DNA of 64,000 nucleotides from NCBI GenBank assembly GCA_973895155.1, contig OZ316898.1:12799659-12863658 (forward strand), in the 5' to 3' direction. Below, one piece after another: positions 14,531-26,508 of this stretch (position 1 is the stretch's first letter; every line of letters begins with the position of its first letter). The position numbers and the translations under genes were made by a program. The notes below the pieces were generated by a model. That model was not told the origin of the DNA. It did not search any database and worked only from the letters and a program-made list of their open reading frames with translations. This DNA comes from Marsupella aquatica. Its lineage: Eukaryota; Plantae; Marchantiophyta.

Positions 14531-17410
14531 CCATTTCCAACTTGGTACCCATCAATGCTTATCAACATTCACTTCTCAAAGCATCTACAAGCCTTACTCA
14601 AAAGCCATACTATAAACTGGGTGTTGACCAAACCCAATGACTAGAATGCAAAATAATCATGCCCAAAACAATCCCCGTAATGTCATTGGATATTCAAGCA
14701 TCGGGTTTCCTTAGATTTTTTCCCCTTAGTTGCATCTCTTGCCTTTGAGGTTTCACAAGCGCTACAGCAAACTAAAGGACGGGTTTTTGTTTTGACTGTA
14801 TATTTACTCCTTGTAGTACCCAAACCCATTAGACTTAGGAGATGCTCTAGCCTTGCATCTCACCCTCTCACCTCAACTCTCCTCTACTCACCTCCAACCC
14901 TAGAGCATTCTTTGGGGAGGATCTAGACAACCCAGCAAAGGATCATAGTGGTGCTCAGTAGTAGCAAGAGCAGGTAATGAATGACACAGCAGCCATGCAA
15001 CCTGCATTAATTTTAACAGAAGGCTCCATGAAATCTATATTATACTTTGCCATGAAAGCCTACTGTTCATGACCTACCCACTAAAGTGGAGCCTTAGGCG
15101 ATTTATGACCTACTATAAAGCTACAGTCCATAAATTCTCTAGTAATACAAAACTTTGATATGCTCCTCAGTAAGAGTACCTCCACCAGTTACAGAGTTGG
15201 TCTACTGTAAAGTTATGTTGACCAAATTCAGTTACTTTCAACTAAAAAAGGCAACCCCAATGGGTTACTCTAATGCTATTCATTTCTGAATTTGTTGGGT
15301 TTTTTGGTTATTGGATTTGTATATGAGCTGTTGTATAGCACATTGACATTCCTTGGTTCTCCAAGATCCAATGATATGCATCCAAGGGTGCATATGTCAG
15401 GAGATACTAAAAACCCCAGTAACCATTGGGCTTTCTTTTTATATCATCTTTGCTATATACAACAACCTAAAAAAGGAACCTTGATCTGCCTCCCTCTCCG
15501 GCGGTCTGTGGGTTAGTGCTTCTTTTTCCATATGGGTGTGCTCCTTCTCCAGCCCCCTTAATTTTCCTTGTTTTCCTGTCTCCTACCATCAGACAAATGT
15601 TTCTTGCACGGTGTCCATGTTTTGCAATAAAGTTTCAGGCTTTGTCCCCTTCCCAAAAAACAAAAAAAAGGAACCTTTTACGCTATATTTATTGTATACA
15701 GTAACTAAATAGTGTACACAGTTGGAGATGCTCCAAGGACTGCCATGGGGTTTCTGGTACTAGGAGTCCTTCCTTGCTCTAAGGACTGCCATGGGGATTC
15801 TGGTACTAGGAGTCCTTCCTCTCACCCGTCAAATATATACACATAAATTGCATACACAGGTACATTGAGCTTGTTTATTTTATAATTAGGAGGTGCGGGG
15901 CAAGGAGAGGCAACTGAGGAGAGCCCTCTGATAGGACAGATGTCAATTGGTCACTAAAGGAGGATTCAGAAAAAGAACTTGGCACAGGATTTCCCACATC
16001 AATTTATGTGGAATTGGCTCTCCACATTCACTCTCATTGTCTCAAGCTAGCTGTGCGATTGGCTTGAGGAAAAAACCTTTGACTATGTATTTTTCTATCA
16101 TATAGTTCCAAGTTCCTCTCGACTAGAGGAAAACGTTTTGCTCAGATTTATCACAACAAAACCTTGTGATTTTTGATGGACTAACAATTTTTTGATAGCC
16201 GAAAGTAGTTTCTACCAATTACAAAGTCCTCTGGAGCATTCAACAGGACTTGAACTGGAGACTACTGTAGGTGGAGCATAATCTGGTGCATTCAATAGCC
16301 AGATAGGCGACATGGCCTGGTCTTCGCTCTCTTGCTGGGTCAAACTAATGGGACCATAGGCTTGATAGGTGGGTACCAAAACTACTGTAGAGACTGACTA
16401 TATATATTGCCCAAGCACCAAATCTGAAGTCAGGATCCAAAGGCAGGAAACCCAATAAAGGGGGGAAAACCCAGGACGACCAAAGAGTGAAATAAGGCCG
16501 ATCCCTAAAAATGGTCAAATTAACGAAAACCCTTTTAAGCTGCAATTGAAAAGCGTGGTAAGGATTTTCAAGGGGTGGTTGGCTGTATCGGATTTATTAT
16601 AACAGTGCCAAGGAGGAGACAAGAGCCTGAGGGGGGAGAATCTAATCATAGCTTTGGAAACCTAATCATGCAGATAGAATCATGGCTTTGCAAAAGGCAA
16701 GTTTGGAATCTCTCTGTTTGTCTCACCTGTTGGTCATTATGACATGCTAGGCAGCACGAATTCATTCTGGCAATTATCCTCAATATTTTAATTCCACCAG
16801 ACAAGTGACATCTGAGCATGAGATTAAAAACAGGGGCATCATAGAATGAGACTGAGAAAAGAATGCCAAAACAAATGGATGGATGGGTTCTGTCCCTTTT
16901 GCAAATGGGTTAATATTTTTCAAATGAAAAATTAAATAAATCCAAGCCTTCCTAGCCGTCGATTTTGTTGATTTTACGATCTTTGCCGTCCATTTTGTAA
17001 TGCCTCTAGAAATCTTATTCATCCATGTTAGAAGGCGATCTAGGGTGCAAAAGAAAGATCTCAATGAGATCTACGAGTGGGTATTTTTGTTTTGAGAATG
17101 AGTAAATAGTTTTGAGTATAAAATTTGATGAACTTTCAAGATTCCAGCCATTCCTCCTCCCCGATCCTGGGTTTCTATGTGCTCTTCCCAGCATTAATGG
17201 CCGTACAATACGAGAGGTCCTTACATACCGGGAGTTGCGGTTTAATAAGGAAGTTATCAAGTTAGTTATTAGTCATTATTTATTATATGAAAAATACTTT
17301 TTATAAATCTTTGAATTTAAGTTTTAAAATTGGAAATGTAACTAAAACGGTTACATAGTGACAGTTTTAACCGTCTTGCTCTTTGCATTTCCAATGTTTT
17401 TACTTTTCTT

Positions 17411-17576
17411 TTTACGGCATGGCGTCCCAAAATTTACACCCAAATTGACACAAACATGAATGAAAACTATAAGTTTGATTCACAAAACCGACGAGTCTTG
17501 TTTGTTGCGGTTGTTGTTGACGTGGCACGCTGTGGTGCCAGGAATTTTGGAAGGGACCTCTAGTGGGGTCCGTAAA
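17411..17576. repeat. 166-bp dispersed element, copy 2 (MITE-like)
   Basis: Starts TTTACGGCATGGCG and ends GGACCTCTAGTGGGGTCCGTAAA; diverged paralogue of 7320-7485. Confidence 0.6.
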
Positions 17577-18203
17577 TAATATTCCTCAAGGTGAAATTAA
17601 AGGAATAAAATTCTTATGAACCCCGTGTGAAGTTACTTTCACAGTCGTTGGCACCACCTTGGCCATATAGCATGTTCATCCTGGAACATGTCTCTTTTTT
17701 GTCTTCTAGTGATATGTAATTCATTTAAGTAGGGACATGTAAAATATATGCACATAAAATCACATTATGACCAAGAAAGTACAAAGGTTGAGTTGTGCAC
17801 ATACAGTACAGATTTTCACTTGCTTCTAGGTAATGAAATTCAACTCAATTAAAACCATAAATTTTGCAAAGTAAACCATGAGGGGAACTTAATACACCAG
17901 ATGTTCACATTGATCAAATTCATTTCTTACACTCTCATGAGAAGAAAGAGAATTCACTAAGGAGTGATTGAAAAGGAAAGATTAAACCTTGATGAGGGGA
18001 GCCAAATACATTCAAAATACTCTAAGTTCACTAAATTAAGAGGGGTCCTAAAGTTAATTCAAAATCAAATTAATACAAATGATTTACCTTGTTAAGGCAC
18101 ATTAAAATCAAAATACTTGACACAAAATATGAATGAGACAAAATCTGAAAGGTGGATTCACCATATAGCAGCCTCAAAATTCCACAGTCGTTGGCACCAC
18201 CTT

Positions 18204-18341
18204 GGCCACATTGATGAGCGTTTTTGGTCACAAACAAAACATCTACGTTTGGAACAACAAACACACATAGCTCACCTAGGCCACATTGATGAGCGTTTTT
18301 GGTCACAAACAAAACATCCACGTTTGGAACAACAAACACAA
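18204..18341. repeat. Direct tandem duplication, about 75-bp unit x2
   Basis: GGCCACATTGATGAGCGTTTTTGGTCACAAACAAAACATCYACGTTTGGAACAACAAACACA occurs twice. Confidence 0.85.
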
Positions 18342-18367
18342 ATGGTTGGTCTTGGTTGACGCGAGTC

Positions 18368-18700
18368 TGTTAAGGATTGCTCTTAGTCTTGTGACTCATA
18401 GGTTACGGCACTTAGGCTAACCACAGTTAGGATCTTAGCTGAGGTTAGGTTAGTCGTGTGTGACCTTGTATATAGCAGGGCTAGTGTAAGCCGCTGGTGG
18501 GTGGTGCTTACTGATTGTAACGGAGCAACTTGAGGAAGAGGGAGAGCATGTGTGTTCGTTTACTCTTGAAGTAAAAGCTTGAGTATTCGTGTGGACGTAG
18601 CCTTGGAGAAAAGGTGAACCACGTAGAGATTGTGTCGACTACGTGTACATGGAATGAATCATGGTTGTATGGTCGTTGCGAATGATGTCTTAGTTCAACA
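18368..18700 (+). repeat. 5' LTR of outer copia (333 bp)
   Basis: TGTTAAGG...GTTCAACA. About 9 substitutions versus the 3' LTR by manual comparison (~2.7%). Confidence 0.97.
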
Positions 18701-18702
18701 AT

Positions 18703-18714
18703 TGGTATCAGAGC
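18703..18714 (+). other. Primer binding site (tRNA-iMet) of outer copia
   Basis: TGGTATCAGAGC 2 nt after the LTR. Confidence 0.92.
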
Positions 18715-19559
18715 AAGCCTGGGAGGTGACGTTGAGGTGATAAAAATTTTCGTGACATGTTGGTGATGGTTTTTCCAGCGGTTAGAGTCGGTGGATTTCA
18801 CGGAGATCTATCGCATGGAACTTGGAGGTGTCGGGCTCAACGGATAGATCGGGGCAAGGGCTTTCCGATGGTGCAAAGAAATCTCTGAACGGAGTTCGTG
18901 GTGCGGAGGAATTCACGTTTCCATCGTTCTGGATTTTTTGTGATTCGTGTTCGACGGTTTTCTTCGACGGTTCTTTTGGGGGGGAACTAAGATCGTTTTC
19001 CCGACGGTGTGAGCTTTGTGGTACGCGAGGCGTCACAACCTTTAGCTCAAATTGTAGATCAGGCAAAGCTGATCATTTCGGTAGCTGGTTTGCTATCGAG
19101 GGTGTAGTGAGTGCGATGTACCAAGTAAAAGAGCCGTTCTGAGTTTCTGACTGGCTATGGAGTCTTCTTTTGACTGAAGCGGGGTTTCTTGTCGTTGCGT
19201 TCGACTCAAAGGAAGAAACGGGAAGTGCAATGGCTCAACGGAGAGATCACGGTGCAGTGGTCGTTTTGAGTCCAAGATTGACACTTGATGTGGAGTGAAG
19301 GAGTCATGAAGGGAATTTTTTACTCTACTAGAGTTGCAAACGGTGCCGGTGCAATTCGGTAACATTTCCCGTTGACAACTAGTCTTTATCTGGTGTAAAG
19401 TGATAACGGCAGTGTGAGTAACCCAACAAATTTATTTTTTGTGCACATTTTGCCTTAGAATAGAGCCTTTTTGGTGGTGTGTATACACACCCTCCCGACC
19501 CTTGCACCCCTGTCAATACCCCGTTGGCGACCCCCTCCTCCTCCTCGCTAATACTCCCA

Positions 19560-19735
19560 TCGCGGACGTCCCGGACGTCCCGGCCGTCCCAGACGTCACG
19601 GCCGGCGCGGACATCGCGGCCATCCCGGATGTCGCAGCCGGCACGGACATCGCGGCCATCCCGGACGTCGCAGCCAGCACGGACGTCCCAGACATCCCGA
19701 CCGTCACGGCCATCCCGGACGTCCCGGCCGTCGCA
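19560..19735. repeat. GC-rich 9/18-bp minisatellite in the outer copia leader
   Basis: Repeated CGGACGTCC/CGGCCATCC/CGGACATCG units. They account for the spurious repetitive ORFs at 19379-19840. Confidence 0.85.
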
Positions 19736-19812
19736 ACTCCATCCCTGCCCATTTTGACTCAGTTTTTTACTCCCCGGCCCCCTATGCACTGCCTGGCCCG
19801 TCATGCGTATAG

Positions 19813-20135
19813 TGTAGAGGTTAACTCAGTCTTGGATTGAACTATGGTTAGTATGTTAACTAGGGTTAGAGTAAACCCTAGTTGAAGAGTTGGTCCTTAT
19901 CTTTTCAACTTCTATGTGGTGTGAGAACACACAAGAGAGTTCTCAAGAGAGAACACAGTGATATAGCAAGAGATGAGAGCTTGAAGAGATGAGAGCTATG
20001 GTGATGCTTGAGTAGACACATAACCGTTAATAAAGCTTGGTCTTCTCGTGGACGTAGCCAACCTTGAGGCGAACCACGTAACTATTGAGCACGTGTATGT
20101 TTGGAGTGTTCTTCTTGATCTGATTTCTCTCCACA
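19813..20135 (+). repeat. 5' LTR of inner copia
   Basis: TGTAGAGG...CTCCACA, direct repeat of 25537-25859. Confidence 0.97.
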
Positions 20136-21307
20136 ATTGGTATCAGAGCTCAGGTTTTTTTTCAGTCGATTAGGAACTCCATAGAACTTGCTTCAAGCAA
20201 AGCGAACAGCGGATGATTTCCTCTTCGAAGCGGAGCTATTGAAAGAAGATCGGACTCAATCTTCTCACAAGTGTGGAGCACACAACCAGGGGCTTATTTC
20301 AGTGAAGCAATGAAGGCCTGAGGTCAGAAACAGAAACAATTGTAAGTGACGGTTTTCAATTTACGTTATCGGGCAAGAGATAAGGTCAATTTCTCAGATC
20401 AGTCTTTTTGATTATTCTATCGGGACTTGAAACTGAGATACGCTTGAGCGCCTTGTCTTTCTAGACGTTTCGATATCAACATCGTTGAATTCCGTCAAAC
20501 GGTTGAGAAGCAATCTTAATTTCAATTCTCGTTTTTTGAGCTCGAAATTTTGGCTATGGCGGATAACTTAATATCAGTCACTTTCACCGAATTGTTTCTC
20601 CCTCATTACTCCACCGTTTTGCGAGTTCTTTATATCAATCTTGATGCCCTCGAAGTCTAGTTTCTGAATCTGAAATCAGAATTGGATTTCGTCAAAAACT
20701 GAGATAGGAATTTGAGTGAATCCGTCGAGGGGTACTTTCTGCCGCGAGTAGTCGCGACTTCCGCGGACGCACGAGGAGGTCGAAAACTTCGAGGAGGCCT
20801 TTCTAAGGCTCGACAGGGCTCGGGCAGGGGGAAGTGCCCCCTGTGAAGTCCCCCACAGGGGCTGTACAAGGGCGGACGGAATTTCCCGAAAAGATTCTTT
20901 TCCAGAGGCTTAAATTTTTACCGAAGGTCAAATATTCCGAGCGGCAAATAAAATCGGATCAACTTCAACTTTTGGAGAGGCGTACTTGGGGAAGCTAGGC
21001 AAGTATTGGTGCGTTCAATTCTGAAAAAGTATACTAGTGGAATCTTTGGCATAAGAGATTCCCTCGAGGGGTAATTATTTCCTCTTTTACCCCCCTCCGG
21101 TCGGAGTAAAAATTCTCGGCACTCGAGAGTCCATTTGACAAACCGTTTTCAGAATTCGGAGCGTTACCTTGTGGGATACACATAGGAGTGATCAATTTCA
21201 AAATTCACCAACTTTCATTTTTGGCCTTATTTTCACACCCCACATCTGAGCATTCGACGTTTATTTCTTGTGGGAAGGCGACTCCACACTACATTTGGCT
21301 TCCAGCG

Positions 21308-24300
21308 ATGGCGACTACTAGGATTGGAGGTCAAAGGTTTGAGGTGGAAAAATTTGATGGTCGGATGGACTATACAATGTGGGAACGTAACGTGAGGGAT
21401 GCACTTAGGGCGATGGGTCTAGGCAAGGTACTAAGATCTCAACCCAAGGAGATGGAAGATGATGATTGGCATGATCTCCAGGATCAAGCGGTAAGTATTG
21501 TTGGCATGTACCTGAAAAACAATGTGAAGAAGTAGTTCGAGGAAAAAACAACACAAACGGTGACGGACTTGTTTCAAGCATTGCGCAACAAGTACTACAA
21601 GAAGAAGATGTCAAACCGAATGTATGCAAGTCTGAAGCTCATGCAATTCAAAATGGCTGATGGAGTCAAGATTCAAGATCATATCGATCAGTTCAATGAT
21701 CTTGTGGTTGACCTAGAGAATTTGGGGGAGCATTTGAGCGAAGAAAAGAAAGCCTTACAACTCTTGAGCTCACTACCACCTTCGTACCAATCTTTGTCTC
21801 GAGTTCTTCTATTCTGTGATAAGACAACTATATCCTACAATGATGTGATGAGTGCCTTGTTGATCGATGACATGCAGTCTAAGCTGGTTTCTTCAGCTCA
21901 TCCTACCTCAACCTCATCATCAACCGCACGGTTGGTAGAAAGAGGCAAATCAAGGGAGCCATCTCATGAAAACAAAAGGTTTAACCCACTTCCCATGGAG
22001 CGAGGAAGGTTCAACGACCGATCTTTTGGTAGAAGGAGGTTTAGATCCAGATCTAGATCTCGATCCAAATCACCATCCAAGTCTACTCGTGAGATAAAGT
22101 GTTGGAAGTGTGACAAAGTGGGCCACATGAAGAAGGATTGTCGCATCAAAGATACATTCAAGGAAGTTGTCGATTCTTCAACCCAAGTAGTTGTTCGAGA
22201 AGAGGATAGTGAAGGATTTGCATTGTGTATCACTTCCCAAGTTGAGGATTATCAATGGATCTTAGATTCCGCTTGCTCGTATCACATGTGCTATATGCGT
22301 GAACTTTTCTCATCCTACATTCCTATCAGCGGATCTGTTTTGATGGGAAATAATCATTCTTGCAAAGTTTTAGGGATTGGATTCGTAAAGATTCAACTAC
22401 CCGGTGGCAAGTACTGTACTCTATCAAATGTCAGACACATTCCAGAAATGTGTAAGAATTTAATTTCTCTTGGCTACTTGGATGCGAAGGGTTATCAATG
22501 GAATGCAACTAATGGGGTGTTAACAGTCACGCATGGCTCAACTGAAGTTTTTATTGGCAAGAGGAAAAGAAACATCTATGTCTTGGAAGGCACCACACTT
22601 CTTGCCGAAGTCAATTTGGTCACATCTCAAGAGGAGAAAATCAATTTATGGCATGCTCGGCTTGGTCACATGAGTGAAAAAAGTTTGGAAATCCTACACA
22701 AGCGACATCTCCTACCAGGATTGCAAGCATGCAAGTTGAGTTTTTGTGATCATTGCATTATCGGCAAGAAAACAAGAACTCCATTTCCGATTGCCATTCA
22801 TCATTCTAAAGTTGTACTTGAGTATATTCATTCCGATGTGTGGGGTTCTGCTCCGGTTTCCTCACATTCAGGCAAACAATACTATGTATCATTTATCGAT
22901 GATTACTCAAGGTTTGTTTGGATTTATTTCATTGCCCATAAGTTTGAAGTGTTTTCCATCTTCAAACAATGGGTAGCTCAAGTTGAGACATAGACTGCAA
23001 AGAATGTGAGATATCTACGATCAGATAACGGTGGTGAATACACCTCTGGCGAGTTCAACACGTATTGTGCAAATAAGGGAATTACTCACCATCTCACAAC
23101 TGTGTACACTCCTGAGCAAAATGGTGTTGCTGAGCGACTCAACCGCACATTGTTGGAGCGAGCAAGGAGCATGTTGAGCCACTCTAAATTGCCACAAATC
23201 TTTTGGGCAGAAGCTATCAACATAGCTGCTTATCTAGTAAATCTCTCTCCTAGTCGGGCAATTACTTACAAAACCCCCTTTGAGCTATGGCACAATCAAC
23301 CTGCTGATTATTCAAAGTTTAAGGTTTTTGGCTGTGAAGCATATGCACATGTTCCTAGCAACAATAGGACTAAGCTAGATCCTAGAGCCCAGAAATGCAT
23401 TTTTCTTGGTTATCAGCGTGACGTTAAAGGATATCGATTGTGGGATCCAATTGATTGCAAGTTACTTGTTAGTCGGGATGTATCCTTCAATGAAGACAAA
23501 TCATTGAAGGAGGGGGAGATAGGTCAATTCCCTACTACTAACAACGAGCAATCTCCTCCTCTAGAGGATTTAAGGGGAGAGGATGTGTCAAATGAAGAAT
23601 ATGTTGACACTACTATAAGGCAAAGCGCACTACAATCAGATCAGCCAGAGTCTTCAGTGCGAAGAGGAACTCGCAAACGTCAAGCCCGGGAAAGGTATGG
23701 TACTTGGCTTCCTTCTGATCAAGTGGATTTGGATGAAGAATCTATTGATGCATTGGTGACAGATGATGGAGATCCATCCTCATTTTGAGAGGTCCTAGCT
23801 TCTATGGAGAAGCAATAGTGGAAGGCGGCGATGCGCATGGAAATGAAATCACTTCATGATAACAAGACTTGGGAACTCACAAGTCTACCTAGTGACAAGC
23901 AGGCTGTTGACAGCAAATGGATGTATAGGAAGAAAGATGGACCCACGGAGGATGCTGAGAAGATATTTAAGGCTCGGTTGGTAGCCAAGGGTTTTACTCA
24001 ATAAAAAGGTATAGACTACAATGAGGTTTTTTCACCTGTAGCAAAGTATTCAACAATACGTTTGCTATGTGCTCTTGTAGTTTTATTTGATCTGGTTTTA
24101 GATCAAATGGATGTTGTCACGACATTCTTATATGGATCGTTGGATGAGGTGATTTACATAAGGCAACCAGAGGGTTTTGTGCAAAAGGGCAAGGAAAATT
24201 TGGTATGCAGGTTGCTAAAATCCTTGTATGGATTAAAGCAGAGCCCAAGGCAGTGGAACAAGCGTTTTGATGAATTTTTGAAATCGTTTGGATTTGTGCG

Positions 24301-25342
24301 AAGCATGTACGATCCATGTGTTTACATAAGGCGTGTGAACAACACAGGTTTTAAGCTTGTCATCCTTGTACTTTATGTGGATGACATGCTCATTACAGCA
24401 CAGGATAGGGGCGAAGTTGATAAGCTTAAGGCCCAACTCAGTTCTGAGTTTAAGATGAAGGATTTGGGCACAGCCAAGAGGATCCTAGGCATGGAGATTG
24501 TGAAGGATGTTAACAAAGCCAAACTTTGGCTGACGCAGAAAAGATATGCAGAGAAGGTACTCTCAAAATTCAACATGGCAGATGTTAAGGCTGTGAGTGT
24601 TCCTTTGGCAAGGCATTTCAATATTTCTGCAGCATTTTGTCCATCGGATGCGACAGAAAAAAGTTTGATGTCCAAAGTTCCTTATGAAAGTGTTGTGGGT
24701 AGTTTAATGTATCTCATGGTATGCACCCGACCAGACATAGCTTATGTCATTAGCAAGGTAAGCAGATACATGGCAAATCCAGGAAAAGTTCATTGGGAAG
24801 TAGTGAAATGGATTTTGCGCTACATCAGAGGTTCCACTAAGAAGGGTTTATTGTTTGATGCAAGTTCAAACAATATGAAAGTGCTTCAAGGTTATGTGGA
24901 TGCAGACTACGCAGGTGATCTGGATAAGAGGAGATCGACAACTGGATATGTATTTACACTTGCTGGTGGATGCATTAGTTGGAAGTCTACTCTCCAAAAG
25001 TGTGTTGCAAAGTCTACTATGGATGCCGAGTATGTAGCAGCAGCAGAAGCAGCATCAGAGACCATTTGGTTGAAAAAGCTTGTCACAGAGATGGGTTTAT
25101 CACAGGAGTGTGTATATCTTCATTGTGACAGTCAAAGTGCAATTTACACTGCCAAGAATCAGGTGATGGATGGCAGGGTAAAGCACATTGATGTCCGCTA
25201 TCATTTCATCCGACAGGCATTATCGGATGATGAATTTGAGCTTGTCAAGATTGATGGAAAGCTTAATCCAGCGGATGCTTTTACCAAAGTATTAGACTCC
25301 AATAGTTTTTCAAGGCATTGTAATTATTTAAAAATATTGTAA
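21308..25342 (+). pseudogene. Inner copia gag-pol, single frame of 1345 codons with five in-frame stops
   Basis: VEKFDG gag start; CWKCDKVGHMKKDC zinc knuckle; WILDSACSYH protease; WHARLGH and LRSDNGGEY/TPEQNGVAER integrase; LYVDDML RT; GYVDADYAGD RNase H. Stops at 21533, 22991, 23786, 23816 and 24002. Confidence 0.93.
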
Positions 25343-25536
25343 ATATAGAGTTAACCAAGAAAATGTCTCTATATGAGTACTCCATCCGATGGCTTATCGG
25401 CTACGGCTTAGTTCTAGTTAACCCTTGCATTAGGGGGAGGGTCTTTTGGCCCTACTGTCTTGAACTTCCCGCGGAGGAACTTGTAAGGAAAAGACAATGT
25501 TATGAATCCTCCCAAGACGTGAGTCAAGGGGGAGTT

Positions 25537-25859
25537 TGTAGAGGTTAACTCAGTCTTGGATTGAACTATGGTTAGTATGTTAACTAGGGTTAGAGTAAAC
25601 CCTAGTTGAAGAGTTGGTCCTTATCTTTTCAACTTCTATGTGGTGTGAGAACACACAAGAGAGTTCTCAAGAGAGAACACAGTGATATAGCAAGAGATGA
25701 GAGCTTGAAGAGATGAGAGCTATGGTGATGCTTGAGTAGACACATAACCGTTAATAAAGCTTGGTCTTCCCGTGGACGTAGCCAACCTTGAGGCGAACCA
25801 CGTAACTATTGAGCACGTGTATGTTTGGAGTGTTCTTCCTGATCTGATTTCTCCCCACA
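25537..25859 (+). repeat. 3' LTR of inner copia
   Basis: Direct repeat of 19813-20135, followed by TATAG. Confidence 0.97.
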
Positions 25860-26508
25860 TATAGGTGACGCGGATGCACCTTTTTTAAGATAGTATTTTT
25901 GTGTTAAGGGGCTTAAACCCCCTTAGGCCCGGTTTTTTAATCCTTTCCAGGCTCCTCATTCGTTAAACGGCATCCCGGGCCCGGTGACCCACCAAATTAA
26001 CCGCTTGGATAGGGGGAGCGGCCCCCCTGTGAGACCTGTTGCACAGTCCAAGGAATATTCTGAAAAAAATAGAGAGCTATTTTTTGGCCTTTAGTCCAAG
26101 ATTCCAAGGTCCGAACGGTAACTTTTTTTGGATCTTTTTTGGCGAGAACGTAGCCACTAAAGCTAGCAATGCGGTGCACCACTTGATTTGAATTTCCGAC
26201 GACAGGTGGTACTTGGAATTTTTCTTATTCCCCAAGGTGGTCAAAACGGGGAAGAATTTTTGAGTGTACTCACCCCGACCGAAACGTGAAAAAGTTTTTC
26301 GTCGGAACTCGATTTTAATTTTGGATTTCAGCGCTGGCTTGCTAGGTTGGTGGGCTAAGTGGCGGTGACAAGTTTCAAGTTTTTTTGGAAAGTTGCAAAA
26401 AATGACATTTTTTCGTGATTTGGATTTGAGTCAACAAGAAGGAAGGAAGGAAAAAGCATATAGGGAGCAGCACAGCAATAGCACATGGAGAACGTTGGGA
26501 GGACAACG

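Larger units (their letters stand above)
19813..25859 (+). mobile_element. Inner Ty1/copia LTR retrotransposon inserted in the leader of the outer element
   Basis: LTRs at 19813-20135 and 25537-25859 (323 bp, 3 differences). TSD TATAG at 19808-19812 and 25860-25864. PBS TGGTATCAGAGC at 20138. PPT AAGGGGGAG before 25537. Confidence 0.97.

Noticed and set aside
19379-19840. Repetitive ORFs (RDGRDV, SRTSRP and similar)
   Set aside because: Translations of the GC-rich minisatellite, open in several frames on both strands.
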